From positions 13,070,275 through 13,134,274 of the forward strand of contig NC_134032.1 of assembly GCF_964204645.1 (NCBI RefSeq): a stretch of 64,000 nucleotides of DNA, read 5' to 3'. Below are positions 14,601-26,700 of the stretch, piece by piece. The stretch's first letter is position 1; each line of letters starts with the position of its first letter. Below the pieces are notes generated by a model. The model saw only the letters and a list, made by a program, of their open reading frames with translations. It had not been told where the DNA came from and did no database searches. The position numbers and the translations under genes were made by a program. The DNA is from Tubulanus polymorphus (Eukaryota; Animalia; Nemertea).

Positions 14601-17600
14601 ATTGTACAAAACGTATTGAAGGCCCAAAATCTAAATGAACGCAAATTTTTATCAATTATTCCGACATTTTATTGTCGTGAAATCTGGCTCCGCGTATTCA
14701 ACACATGTATGTGTCATCGGGGCTAAATTAGATCGCGGCAGACATTAGTTTATTGTTATATTACAGGCTGTGATATATCGTTAAATAACAGCGGCCAGCG
14801 AGGTGTGATTTATTAACTCTTCACAATGACGAACGACGATGAGAGTAAACGATATGATACTTTAATAAGCTCAGCTCCGGTCATCAGAGCCACACACAAA
14901 CTTAAACATCTTATCTGATAATATAACGATAGCTGACTCTATTTAACCCGTATTCACCACAACAGGTTTTAGAGGGGCGACCACCTCTACATCCACCCCC
15001 CTGAAAGTAATCCACCGGTTATAAAAAATATCTGCTACCCCTACCAGAGTGGATGTTAATATTCTATCAACGCTGATAATTGCTTCGAAATATAGCGAGC
15101 TGATGTGACAAATTGATTCCACCAAAATTAAGCTTTAGCTTTAGGTGACTGAACGTGTACGCGATACATTAGAATAGAAATCATTTATATGGCAACAAGG
15201 ATCGATTTATACAATTCTAACGTTTACTTCCCATGATACGAGGTCATTGAGGAGAGGAGGATGAGGAGAGAATCCCACAATGATAATAAAAAGTCCGAAG
15301 ATGAAACTTCGAGATAGTAGTTTATTTCAACGTTTCGACTATATCCTAATAGTCATCTTCAGGAATAATGAACATTAAAGGGGTAATTATGGGCATTATT
15401 CCTGAAGATGACTATTAGGATATAGTCGAAACGTTGAAATAAACTACTATCTCGAAGTTTCATTTTCGGACTTTTTATTATCATTGTGGGATTCTCTCCT
15501 CATCGCGTCAACACGGATATTGTGTTCTACCTAACGAGGTCATTATATTGTCAGTATCCCCTGGTCAAAGTTTCCTATCCCAGTTAGCCTTTCAGTTTGT
15601 TATCAAGAAAACACAGGAAACTATCGATTCTAACGATTAAATCAGGGATGGTTTCATTTCAAATTCTAATCGAGCTCTGTCTCAACAACTTTGGTTTCGA
15701 AATTGACTTCTGTGCTAGAGACATTTCTACGTGTTACTCTAAAATTTCTTTTGTTTATGGTTTTTTTTTTTCATGTAGCAAACTCTGTGAATTAAGCCAC
15801 TCTAGTTTATCATCTAGTTTTATCATTGATTTTAAACACGGGATACACGGACGCATAATTAATAATATACAAAACCGACGGTGAAATACTAATAATATAG
15901 CAACACAGCTGGCAGCTGTATACAATAGATAGATCAGATGATCACAGAACTACTGCGCACTAGATATATATAAAAACAGATAACCTAATACTATATCAGC
16001 AAGCCTGCAATTGGCAACCAGGCTGCTATGATCGATTTCGAAGAAAATTGAACCGAATTCCATGTTTCGGCACAACTTATTTTAAACATCTCCAATCTCG
16101 GTCCGAATAATATTCACATCAGTACAAAATGTGACCGACTGACCACTTGTAAACACTCTTCGATACGTAAAGATTCATCGATGATACTGTGTAACTTTCT
16201 TGTTTAAACGCAATTTTTCAATCATCTACGTCGATGAACTCGGTTTGAAGAACATTATCATCGCAATTAATTACGTTCGCATCGGTTTGGAATATTTCAA
16301 TCAAACAACAAAACATTGTGCCGATAAAATATGTGACCACCGATGTTACAGAATTATGAATGACGCGGGCTCGTGCGGTACGGACCAGCTGGGTGACTGT
16401 CAGTCACCTAAACAATAAACAATCTACCGCATGTCATACATACACATAAGACAGTTTACAGACATCTTAAGAAATTTGGTATAGTTTACATTGTCCTACT
16501 GCGCACTAGAAACACCTCATTTGCTACAAGTGGAATCCTCTATTGCCGCAGTAGTTGGTGTCCTACCGCACACTAGCGACAACTGGTGGATCCTCACTTG
16601 CCACAAGTTGAATCCTACATTGTCGCAGTAGTTGATGTCCTACTGCACACTAGCGACACCAGGTGGATCCTCACTTGCCACAAGTGAAATCCTCTATAGC
16701 CGCAGTAAATGAGGTCCTATTGCACACTAGCGACACCTGGTGGATACTCATTTGCCAGAAGTGGAATCCTCAACTGCCACAGTAGCACGGTCAGAACATT
16801 ACTAATGAATAGTGACAATGACGGCGGAACCGGGAACACATACAAAACATCATTCAAAATTACATCACGCAAGAAAGGATATATTAATACTTACATTAGT
16901 CAGTTTCAGTGTAGCCGTGTTCTTGCCTTGCATCACGCCACTTTCCGTTCCATCCGGGTGTTTCTCTAGCGACCACTGATACGTGTAAGTCTCATCGTTA
17001 GCCGCTGCTGGAACTACGTACACTGATAACGTAGCCGAGTTCTCGGGCAACTGTATTGTTTGGGCATCGCCGGCCGTCACCGTTAACTGCATGACTGAAA
17101 AACGAAATGCCAGATTTCTTTACAAAAACTGTTTTTCTGACCATTTCTTTAACCGAAGAGCCACCCTTTAATAACTCAGAATATCATGATTTAGATGTTC
17201 TCGGGGCCATCCCTATCGCATGTATGCGTGACAACCCCTATCAAACTGACAAATGAACCAACGATACTGAGTAACTTTGATTTTAATAATCTATGAACTA
17301 CAACAACCTAACCTACGAGTCTGAAGAATATTCAATGGTTTTAATAATCTACAAACTCAGTCTAAAGAATATTCACATCGATACAAACTGTAACCGAGTG
17401 ACGACTTTCAAACACTGTTACCAGGTAGTTTCAATTGTAATAAAGCTTCACCCGATGATCGAATTTGAAAACAATTCAGCAAATGATTCTACTTAACTTC
17501 CTTGTTTCAACACAACTTAATGCAAACTGTAACCGAGTCACGCTTTCAAATGTTCTTAATGTTTCAATTAAAACGTGGCTTCACATAGCGATTCATTTTG

Positions 17601-19676
17601 AATACAATTGAACCAATGAAACTGCGTAACTTTCTTGTTTAGTAAAAACAAATGATTTTAATGATTCGATGGGTGTACTTTGTTTTCAACTTCGAACTTC
17701 TGAAGAATGTCTATCAATAATGTCTCGTATAAGAGATACGTACCAGCTGCAGTGGTGACTACAGTAGTCCCAGTAGGCCGTAACGTCGTGGTCATCTTGT
17801 TCACCGTAGTCGTAAACGGCTGTGGGGTAGTTGTAACAGCAACAGCAGGAGTTGATGCAGAATTTGCGGCGACTAATTTCTCCGTCGTGGTCAACACCTC
17901 CTAAAAATCAACGTACACGTAAATTCTATACTTGTAGTTTTTTATTAGTCTTAACCACATTAGCTACCTCCACTTTCCACCGGGATTCACCTGAATAGTT
18001 ATCACAACTTTCGATCCAGTACTCACTTTTTTTTCATTCAGCTCCTCATTTTGTGCATCCGTTTTCTCAGCTGTTTTCAACGACGACGATGACGTCACCG
18101 TCTGCTGCAGCTGCTGCTGTACGCAGTATCCGCGGTTATCGCGCGAGTAGCCGACCACGCAGTTGCATAAACCGATTTTTTTATGCTCGCTCTCGAGAAT
18201 GCACTCCTCGTGATCCTCGCAATGTTCTAAACCGTAAACGCACGAAGTGTCGAATGCTCGTCCGCCCGGCTCCCATTTCGCGTTTTTAATATAGTCCGGC
18301 ACGTCTTTCTCGCCGGTCGGTTCAACTGACAAGTGAATCGAATTAAATTCAAACCAGAAAATAGAAATTTCAACGATGGCACAGGTCTGATTGGTAATTT
18401 CACGAGAATTTTTAAGAATCTTCGAAATAGGTTTCCAACATTTCGTAAGAAATTTTTATCCTAAAAACCATCTAAACTTGGATTCTAATTTTTGACAACT
18501 GTCTAATTGGGTAAAAACAAATCCCAACTGCACCGATTTAGGCGTAGTTTGGACAAAACTGCATAACAATTTAAAATTGTCTACTTCTCAAAATTTCTGG
18601 CATTTTGCTTAGGCACTCAAGAAGGAGTTAAGGTATCAAGGAGTCCTGTATAAGGATCCTGTATCGTATTTTACTTACCAGGCTGTCGGAATAATCGTAC
18701 GTCGACCATTATCGTCGAGCGGAAACTTTTCCCGGTGCGTGCTCGCGGGTCGCAAGCCGCCGACTGCGTCTTATTACACGTTATAAAATAACATTTGTCG
18801 CGTAAGAATAAAGCGACGTCGCAAGTTCGCGTCGCGCAGCATTCGTCTACGCACAATTCAAATGTATCGACGTCCACTAGCTGGTATTCACCGGCGTTCG
18901 CGCCACCTTTTGGCGTCGATTTGTAAAACGTAGCGAGTTTTTCCGTTTCCGGAGAGCGATTCACGCACGTATCGCCGCTCGTATTTGAAAGCACTGAAAT
19001 GAGAAAAAAAAAATTCAGCGATAGTGATCATTCATACGCAAGTTTGGAATTCAATCAAGGTTGTGCTATGTTGGAGCAATGAGATCAGGACCACTATTAG
19101 CGTATAGGTTCTCGGTGAGCCCCCTGGGCGAGCAAAGGGACCACGGTGCAAAGCCCATGATATCAATTCAAAGTGAACCTCCTGGGAGAGCATATGCCCA
19201 TGACATTGGTTCTCGGTGAACCTACCTTGGGAGCATAGACAGCATTTATAAGGGACCACGGCTTTAGTAGGTGAACCTCCTGGGGGAGTATACAACCACA
19301 TCACATATATCATAGGTTCTCAGTGAACCAACTGTGGGAGCGTAGACTAGCAATTATAAGCTTAACCTCTTGTTTGAGCTAAGGGACTACAGCATAGGTG
19401 AACCTTCCAGGTGAGCGCTGAGACTACAGGCACCGAATTTCCATAACCTGCCGGGGGAGCGTCGTAGGGAGAACAGCCATCATAGCTTCTGAATAAACAT
19501 ACCGGGGAGAGGGAGGGAGTCGACTTACCCGAACAACTGAGTAAAATAAAAAGCAGGTAAACCAATATCGAGTGGGTTAGAAATGACTGAAGTCTTCCAT
19601 TTATCACAGATAGAGAATGACGATGACAAGTCGTCCTATTCCACATCGTCGTCTGACACGTTACTAATACAGTCAT
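2963..19676 (-). CDS. KIAA0319L: Dyslexia-associated protein KIAA0319-like / AAV receptor homologue (signal region, MANEC, EGF-like, S/T-rich linker, 5 PKD domains, Cys-rich EGF-like, TM, cytoplasmic tail), ~1043 aa
   Basis: 19 phase-consistent GT-AG exons: 19529-19676, 18679-18993 (MANEC: CVDECCATRTCDVALF), 18027-18325, 17744-17900, 16895-17094, 13780-13867, 13318-13407, 12615-12821, 11405-11689, 10492-10624, 10012-10160, 9323-9474, 8663-8872, 8059-8153, 7552-7700, 7129-7251 (CQNNCSGHGQC...CICDPFWM), 6323-6413 (TM: DWSILYVVIVTFLLAVTFGGLVWGAICC), 5820-5914, 2963-3108 (SSLMVSGSDTEEETLF). PKD motifs such as LDGSKSTDDKGI and YTFQLKVTD. AATAAA on - strand at 2843-2848. Exact start ATG uncertain. 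Confidence 0.93.
5458..5745. mobile_element. piggyBac-type MITE
   Basis: TIRs CCCTTTCAGTGC / GCACTGAAAGGG with TTAA-like flanks; second copy at 31014-31255. Confidence 0.75.
8380..8626 (+). mobile_element. SINE 3' portion with (TTA)n tail
   Basis: CCACCCAGGAGTAAATGGGTACC core-like motif, body shared with ~21705-21896, ends GCGCTATATAA then a TTA microsatellite. Confidence 0.6.
9680..9947. repeat. 30-bp minisatellite, ~9 units
   Basis: Unit AGGCTGGGTACAAACATCAGATTGTCTGRC; intron of KIAA0319L-like. Confidence 0.95.
10688..11250. repeat. 30-bp minisatellite, ~18 units, same family
   Basis: Same 30-bp unit, decaying at the right end. Confidence 0.95.
11820..12275 (+). repeat. ~160-bp tandem satellite (about 3 units), also dispersed
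   Basis: Recurrent ACTCGGTCTGAAGAATATTCACATCGATACAAACTGTGACCGAGTGAC; other arrays or fragments at ~13060-13220, ~16050-16255, ~17260-17650, and inverted at ~25590-25735 and ~26660-26880. Confidence 0.8.
12369..12570 (+). mobile_element. tRNA-derived SINE
   Basis: A box TGGCCGAGTGG, degenerate B box, unique body, A-rich tail, possible GAGAAATC target duplication; second copy at ~60519-60703. Confidence 0.7.
12894..13008. mobile_element. Short MITE with GGCCRGTTGCAYAGTC termini
   Basis: Inverted ends GGCCGGTTGCATAGTC / GACTATGCAACTAGCC; related copies at ~2378-2508, ~4925-5081 and ~54400-54537. Confidence 0.55.
14449..14560. mobile_element. Older, degenerate palindromic copy of the hammerhead-bearing element
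   Basis: Inverted arms GAGCTGTAGTT...GACTATATCTTGATAGTCAT / ATGACTATCAAGATATAGTCGAAAC...AACTACAGCTC; core mutated (CTGAAAA). Confidence 0.55.
15249..15533. mobile_element. Palindromic Penelope-like (pLTR-derived) insertion with a minimal hammerhead ribozyme motif in each arm
   Basis: ~110-bp near-perfect inverted arms 15261-15370 / 15394-15503; core CTGAAGA-T-GACTAT..ATAGTC-GAAA-CG-TT at 15402-15435; flanked by 11-bp direct repeat ACGAGGTCATT (15238-15248, 15534-15544). Confidence 0.7.
16492..16786. repeat. ~77-bp tandem repeat (about 4 units), also dispersed
   Basis: Unit GATGTCCTACTGCACACTAGCGACACCAGGTGGATCCTCACTTGCCACAAGTGGAATCC...GCAGTAGTT; also ~7860-8000, ~9520-9680 (inverted) and ~29495-29600. 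Confidence 0.85.
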
Positions 19677-20012
19677 CTTCAATTCATTCTATTCCCTATG
19701 AATAAAAGATCAATAAACATAACATACGCGCAGGGTGAATATCAGGCATGTTTTTCGAACTGTAAAAAAGTTAGTCCGAGTTAGTAGTCGACTACTCGCT
19801 TGTGTAATGGTCATCCTTATTACCAAGATAGGACTCTTTGAGTTTAGAGGTAGTGTCTGAAATCTAGCATGTTACGACAGGCCCCCATTCCTTTTCGGTT
19901 TTCCATTTCCAGCCAAAAAAAAAGCCACCAACGTCAACGAACGATTTAACAAGTTCATTAAACCTTTTCAATTCAAATTTTCTTAGAAATCATTCATTTT
20001 AAGTCTCTCACC

Positions 20013-20786
20013 TCATCACATCATCTACAGACATTATTTATTGTGGCGTTTGCTTGCGTTTGTAGACGTAGTTGATTGTGTCATCGCCATCTCGATCCCG
20101 ACATCTGAACCCGGAAGTGATTTTCACGAATACCGGGTGGCTCCGAGAATATACTTGCATTGCAAATAAGAAGGACAATTCAATCCCAATTCTATTGAAA
20201 TAATTTTTATTTTCGATTTGACACGTAAAACTTTTCAACAGAATACCAAACATATCGCGCAGTTATTGACTGTATTGCAGAAATGTTTGAGGTCGTGAAA
20301 AAAGGAGTTGGAAAAAAGCGTGAATTGAAATACTCGCATGCCATAGTATGAATGGCCTTGTGCTCGTCAAGTGCTGCTACCTTCAGGGAATCATGGAAGA
20401 AGATGTGAACTAACTTATCATTGAAGTAAATGTTAATACCATAGGATATAACAACATAACAAACGTTTTTGAGTATATTTGGTCACTTTTTGATAACTGG
20501 TAGGTAAATAATCCTATGAACCAGTCTGCTGGTCGGCTCCGGTTCATATCTTTTTATTGGTCGGTTCCGGTCGGTTTTTAGTAGGCCCAGAAGTCGAATA
20601 CTCGAGTAAACGGCGATAAGTTTGCCGGTAGACTAACACCGCCGCCATACCATAAATGGTAAGGATATGATGTAGTAGGTAGCGTCTTCATCTTTTTCTT
20701 GTTCTTCGTGTTCTTACTCGAATGTTCTGCTTCCTTCTCAACTTCCAAACCGGAAAGTAAAGTTAAAGGAAGTTTGACAAAGTAAA
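20013..20786. promoter_or_regulatory. Putative bidirectional promoter between KIAA0319L-like (-) and UNC-45 (+)
   Basis: Divergent first exons <800 bp apart; ETS-type CCGGAAGTG at 20111-20119, CCGGAAAGT at 20750-20758, YY1-like GCCGCCAT at 20641-20648; likely non-coding KIAA0319L exon ending at 20012 (donor GTGAGA). Confidence 0.55.
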
Positions 20787-23700
20787 ATGAAAGAAGTGGT
20801 AAGTATTATTCAATTTACTGTCTTTAGTATTGACCTTTTGGGTTTTAGGCCCTTTCTGTTTCTCTTTTTTGAATTTTTAGGCCTAAGGCTAAAAGTGAAA
20901 TTTAGAGATTTTTGATTCTAACACGTTTACATGTGCCCTGTCTAATCTTAGACTTAAGTTATAATAGTGTTGAGTGATCATTCAATAGATTGCTCCAACT
21001 GTCCAAAAGAAACTATAATACTAGTAAGTAGCCAAAATATTCTCTTATACTTCATCAATGGCAGGCCTCTACTAAGAGGCCTCAATTTTGCCGAGTAGAC
21101 CTGTTTTCTGTCCTTAGATAAGTACAATATCCATGGTACTATATATAAAAATTAAAAAAAATTTACGGTAATATATTTCAGTTCACCCCCAAATTTCATA
21201 TACTAGCCCCTGTGTGACTGACAGATTCCATGTAAGCTTATTATGATATTTACAAGTGAAAGATCATCAATGGTGTAGACCCTTCCCTTGAGGGAAAAGA
21301 AAGGGGCGAACGCACATTTCCAAGGTTAATCGTGATCATGTTATTTTTCTTTGAAAGGTAATGGATGCGGACGCGCTTAAAGAGAAGGGAAACGGTCTGT
21401 TTAAAGCCGGAAGTTTCAAAGAAGCGATCGCGTGCTACACCGACGCTTTGAAGGCCGATCAGAAAGATACCGGTCGCGTGAATTTGTACAAGAATCTATC
21501 GGCTTGCCATTTGAAGTTAGAGAACTACGTCGACGCTAGCAATGCAGCAACATCAGGTTTGTGCACATACTGATAATACTACGATGAGGCAAATGCTAGG
21601 GTACCGGCAACGCTTCTGTGGTGAGTGAGGATTCTAGGATGATCCTCCAGGTGGCGCTATAGTGGCACTGGGTTAACGCTCTTCGATTTCTTCTGCATTG
21701 CAATTACAATGGGTACCTGGCCTGATAGATGACTCCTGAGCGTTTGTTTGCAGCTCTGTGTTACTTCTCCCCAGGGAGAGATGACTGATACATGTTAGAG
21801 TATAAAATTGGCCGGGGTAATAATACTGAAAAATGTAAAGCGCTCTGAGCAGCCTGGCTGGATTTAGCGCTATATAAGACACATATTATTATTATATTTT
21901 GATTGGCTTTTCTCAGTGGGAGATCTATTTTTCAGTGAAGTCTATACCATACACTGTGTGAAAGTGAATCTTATATCCTATCCAATGACTCGTTATTGAT
22001 AATTTGCGGTTTTGTCAGCCTCTAAATCAAATTTTATTGAAAGGGAACTAATAAGCACGATCCTATGTTAGCTGGTGTGTGCCGGTACCCTATTGTCGAT
22101 AGTCAATTATTAGCTTAGATTGGTAAAAGAAACTCTTTAATTGATTCAACTGATAATCGATAAACTGAAATAATGACAGCATTAAAATGACTTGATGAGT
22201 TAAAATTTAAAATCAGCGAAACTGTTCGCCATTTGCTTGAATTTAAAAGCGGCTACATTCTTGTGTGACAGCGTAGCTGCTGAAGAAGCAAGGCTTTCGA
22301 GCCCTGAAAAAGAACATAAAAATTGAAGCTTAATTTTGGCATAGTAATCATCTGGGCCCAGTTCCACAGTTGTGAGTTGGAGTTAACTCCGAGTTAAAGT
22401 TTGTTCATTTTCAATGAGTGAACTCACGAGTCAAATCTTAACTGTGGAACTGGACCCTGTTTCTAAATAATAAGCAACATTGATTGAATCTTGATATCCA
22501 CTCTCTGGTGGGCAGAAGATATCCTATAAGGAGTGGATGTCGAAATGTAAGGGGAGGCAACCCCTCTAGAATACGGTCTGTGGTGCCTTCTGGGTCCATT
22601 TCCACAGTTCTGAGTTAATATTCAACTCTGAGTTGACTCACTGAAAATGAACTAACTTTAACTCAGAGTTAACTCTATCTCACATCTGTGGAACTGGGTC
22701 CTGTATATTTCTACTGTTCAGCCTGCAATATTATAGGAACTGTGTTCGTTTCATTTACAGCGCTGGAAATCTCTCCTCACGACCCGAAGGCGTTGTTCCG
22801 TCGATGTCAGGCGTACGAGAAACTCGACAAATTCAACGAAGCGTACAAAGACGCGATGCATCTGTTGAACGTGGAGCCTAAAAACGCGGCCGTTCAGCCG
22901 ATATTGCGTCGGCTAGCTCCGATTCTACAGGAAAAAGTATGTTCAATCCGCTTGAAATCGTATCCATGGTCTGTAGCTTGTCCTACCTAGTGCTGCTAGC
23001 TTAATCGGAATGAGTTTGAATTGTGCTTACCTTCACGAAAATTTCAATAAGTGACGGTGAAAAGTACTACTTTTTGACATAAAAGTCATCTGAAATTTTA
23101 TCACAGCATTCGAAATTGTGATACCAAGTATTAATCAAAATAATCAAAAGCCACGCAAGCATCACTTCAAGGCAATTAACATGTCATAATCCATAAATGA
23201 CATCAACCTATATGATTTGTCCTCAGGACAGGTTATTGTTATGGCTTGACAAATACCGGTAATGATGAGCTCTGCAGTTACCATTTCTATCATGTGCGCA
23301 ATTCACAAAACGAAATGCTACTTTTTTGGGTGTGCTTTATTTCTAGTTATGATCTAAATGCAATTCATTTTCAGATTAAAAAGCATACCAGTACGGACAG
23401 CAAGGTCACGCAAATGTTCGACGTTCTACTCAATGCCGATGTAGAATTAGCAAAGAGAATCACGGTAAGTTTGCTCACCGGAGTACTCTAATGTTTGGTG
23501 TTTGTAGTTGATTTTCAATCAAAAATGGCTCAGGTTGAGTTCTGAACACATGTGAAGTGTGTACGATCAGTTTATGAGAGTGCGCTCATAAAATGTCTAA
23601 TGGCTGGTGTTTGTAGTTCATTTTCAATTAAAAATGGTGAAGTTCTGAACGCATGTGAAGTCTTGGCAAAATCTAAAATTGAGCCTGTGAAAAATGAACC

Positions 23701-26700
23701 TTTACCTTCTGTTTTTCTTCAGGCTGCGAATAATTTGATCGTCCTCGCGCGAGAAGAATCAGGCGCGCAGCAAATTTACAGAGAAGGCGGCGTTCTCAAA
23801 TTGTGTCCTCTACTGTTAGAAAAGGAAGCTGAGTTACTGGTATCGGCGATTCGTACGCTGGCGTGTTTGGCTAAAGATCTGGACAGAGTAAGTTTGAAAA
23901 TGATTTGAATTTTCTCAGAGTCGGTGCAACTTCGTGATTCCTTAACAACAGGATTTCTTCTTTACCCAATTAGGCGAATTTGAAACCAAATTTAGGCAGG
24001 CCTAGTGTTACGGATAAAAATTTACTTTGAAACCACTGAATTAATGGTTAACTTAACTTAAAAAGTACTGATATATAAGTCTACAGTTATTGAGATATGA
24101 TAGTGATGCAGACGCTTCCTTGAAATTTGAAATTTTCTCCGTATATCCAGGAATGTCCGATCTGTAGGGACTGTGTTTACGCACAGAATCATGAGTACGT
24201 GTTTCAATAATATGTTAGTATTTATATTGGGCCAATCATTATGTATACATGCACACATCCGTGGGAAGAGGATCAAATATTGGCCCTGCGTAAATAGTCC
24301 TCGAAATCGTGTTCATGATAATGATAATCTTTATTTATCTAAGCATAATAAATTACATACAATTAATTTAAACATAATAATGAAAATCTATGCACAGAGA
24401 GGATATCGACAAGCCTAGTGGCTGAAATCATAGAAGAGGCCGATGCCCTAAAACAGTTAATGATAATGACAATGATAATAATTACATCATAAACTTGTTA
24501 TAAGGAACTCAGATAATGATAATCTTAGGCAGGTTTTCAGTGAATGTATTCCGCTTTGCGAATATCCATTCTTGATTATAGATACTATTCCCGAATACAT
24601 AAATCGTTCGTTTTGCTCGAAACGAAGGATGATGCTAAAGATCTTGAATAAAAGTTTCTTTAAAATGATTCTTCAGGCGTTGAATATCATCAAAGTGGTC
24701 ACGTTCCCGAAACTATTCTCGATAATGGCCGGCAACAACGAGGACATCACCACGGCGACGGCTCATCTGATGCAGAATATCATGTACGCGGTAAGCGGCT
24801 TCGAGAAATATAACACCGACCGCGAGAAATATAACGAAGAGAAACGCAAAGATTCGAACAGACGAGCTCCGTTTCCTGCCCTTAAAATAGGTACAGTAAA
24901 ACATCCCTTAATGAACACGCGAACACCTGTCCATGATGAACACTTCCCTTAATGAACACTCCACAACAAACACCCCCCTTAATGAACGCACGAACACCTG
25001 TCCACAATGAACACCTCCCTAAATTAACACTCCACAACAAACACCCCTCCTTAATGAACACACGAACACCTGTCCACGATGAACATCTCCCTAAATTAAC
25101 ACTCCACAACAAACACCCCCCTTAATGAACATCTCCCCACGGTGAACACTTCCCGGAATGAGTACTTCCCTAAAATGAACAATTGCCAGAATGAACACCT
25201 CCCATAGCGCAGCCTGGTTGGAGAGGGAAATTACTGTACATGATTCTAAGACGTAATTATAGATTCTAGAATAAAACATATTTCCTTAATCAGCGAAATG
25301 TTTTTTTGTTTTCAGCCGATGATAACCAGGCGATCATCGACGATATATTTCTGGCGTTGCTGAAAATGTTGCCGAGCAACAAAGTATCGGCGTACGGCCG
25401 CGATGCCGCACTGGAGCTGATCATCAAGAATGTCAGTCGAAACACTGACCTCGGCTGGACTCGAAAACTCCTCGAAAATAAAGGTATGGAGCTGAATGAA
25501 TTATCACTTCATCATAATTTAATTAAGTCGTTGGTACACCAATTGTTGTCGGACCAATCCATCTATTGTCAGTAGCATTTGTAACAACCATGTTTTATGT
25601 GAAACTATAGATAGTCGTCACTCGGTCACAGTTTGTATCCATGTGAATATATTCTTCAAACGGAATTGGTAGATCAAAGAAGTTACTAAATATCATTAGT
25701 TCAATTGTCTTCAAAATGAATCTTAGCAAAGACGTGTACAAATTAATCAATGGTTTTCACACGTGTAGGCTCAGAAGAACATTTGAGTTCACAGGAACAT
25801 TATGAAAGTGTTCCAATTGGCTTGGTTTTGGCGCTCTGCTAGTGAGAATGTCCAATTGTCACGTACCAATTTCAGCTATTTTTCTCGCGTTGTAGGAATC
25901 GAGAAGCTGATGGAGGTCGCCGGTACGATACCCGAGTTGAAAGCTCTAACGGTCACGCCCGATACGAGGCGACATACGGCGGTCGCGCTGCATAAAATCT
26001 ACGAGGACACGATGTCGGACAGAGAGCGCGATATGTTTCGCGACGCCTGTAACGAATTCTTATCGTGAGTACCGTATATAGTTTACTTGGGGGCGACTTT
26101 TTACCATGTCGATTGTGAGAAGGGGATGGTTCCATTGATTCATAACATGTTTTGACAAACTATACGTCTCAACTCAATTGAATAGATGATTACTGGTAAA
26201 TTTGCTTATAAACGACTGAATTACTGGTTTACGGAGATAAACAGTGTAGGAGTCTACAGTAATTGGAATTTGAAAGTGATGCAGACGCTTCCTCATGATT
26301 TTGAATTTGAAATTTCCTCCTTTAAAACTCCGTTAATTGTATTTTCAGAGATCGATTGGGCGACGAGATAATGGATTCGAAATACGAAGCGATCGTCGCC
26401 GTGACGACGTTGTTGGAAGGACCGTATGAAATCGGTCAGTCGGTGCTCGCGAAGGAAGGCATCGTGGAGATCATGTTAGCGATGGCGAATTCGAACGAAA
26501 TCTTACACCAGGTATGATACACACCACGCGGGGGAAAATGCAATATATTACTTACCTTTGCCATAATTTGAAATTCGCCTTAAAATCCTTTACATCGAGG
26601 AATGACCGATTTGTATAGGGACCCTGTATTGTCAGAGGCATCTCTCACGATCGAGCTATGTTTTAAGTAAAGTATGTTTGATAGTTGTCACTCGGTCACA

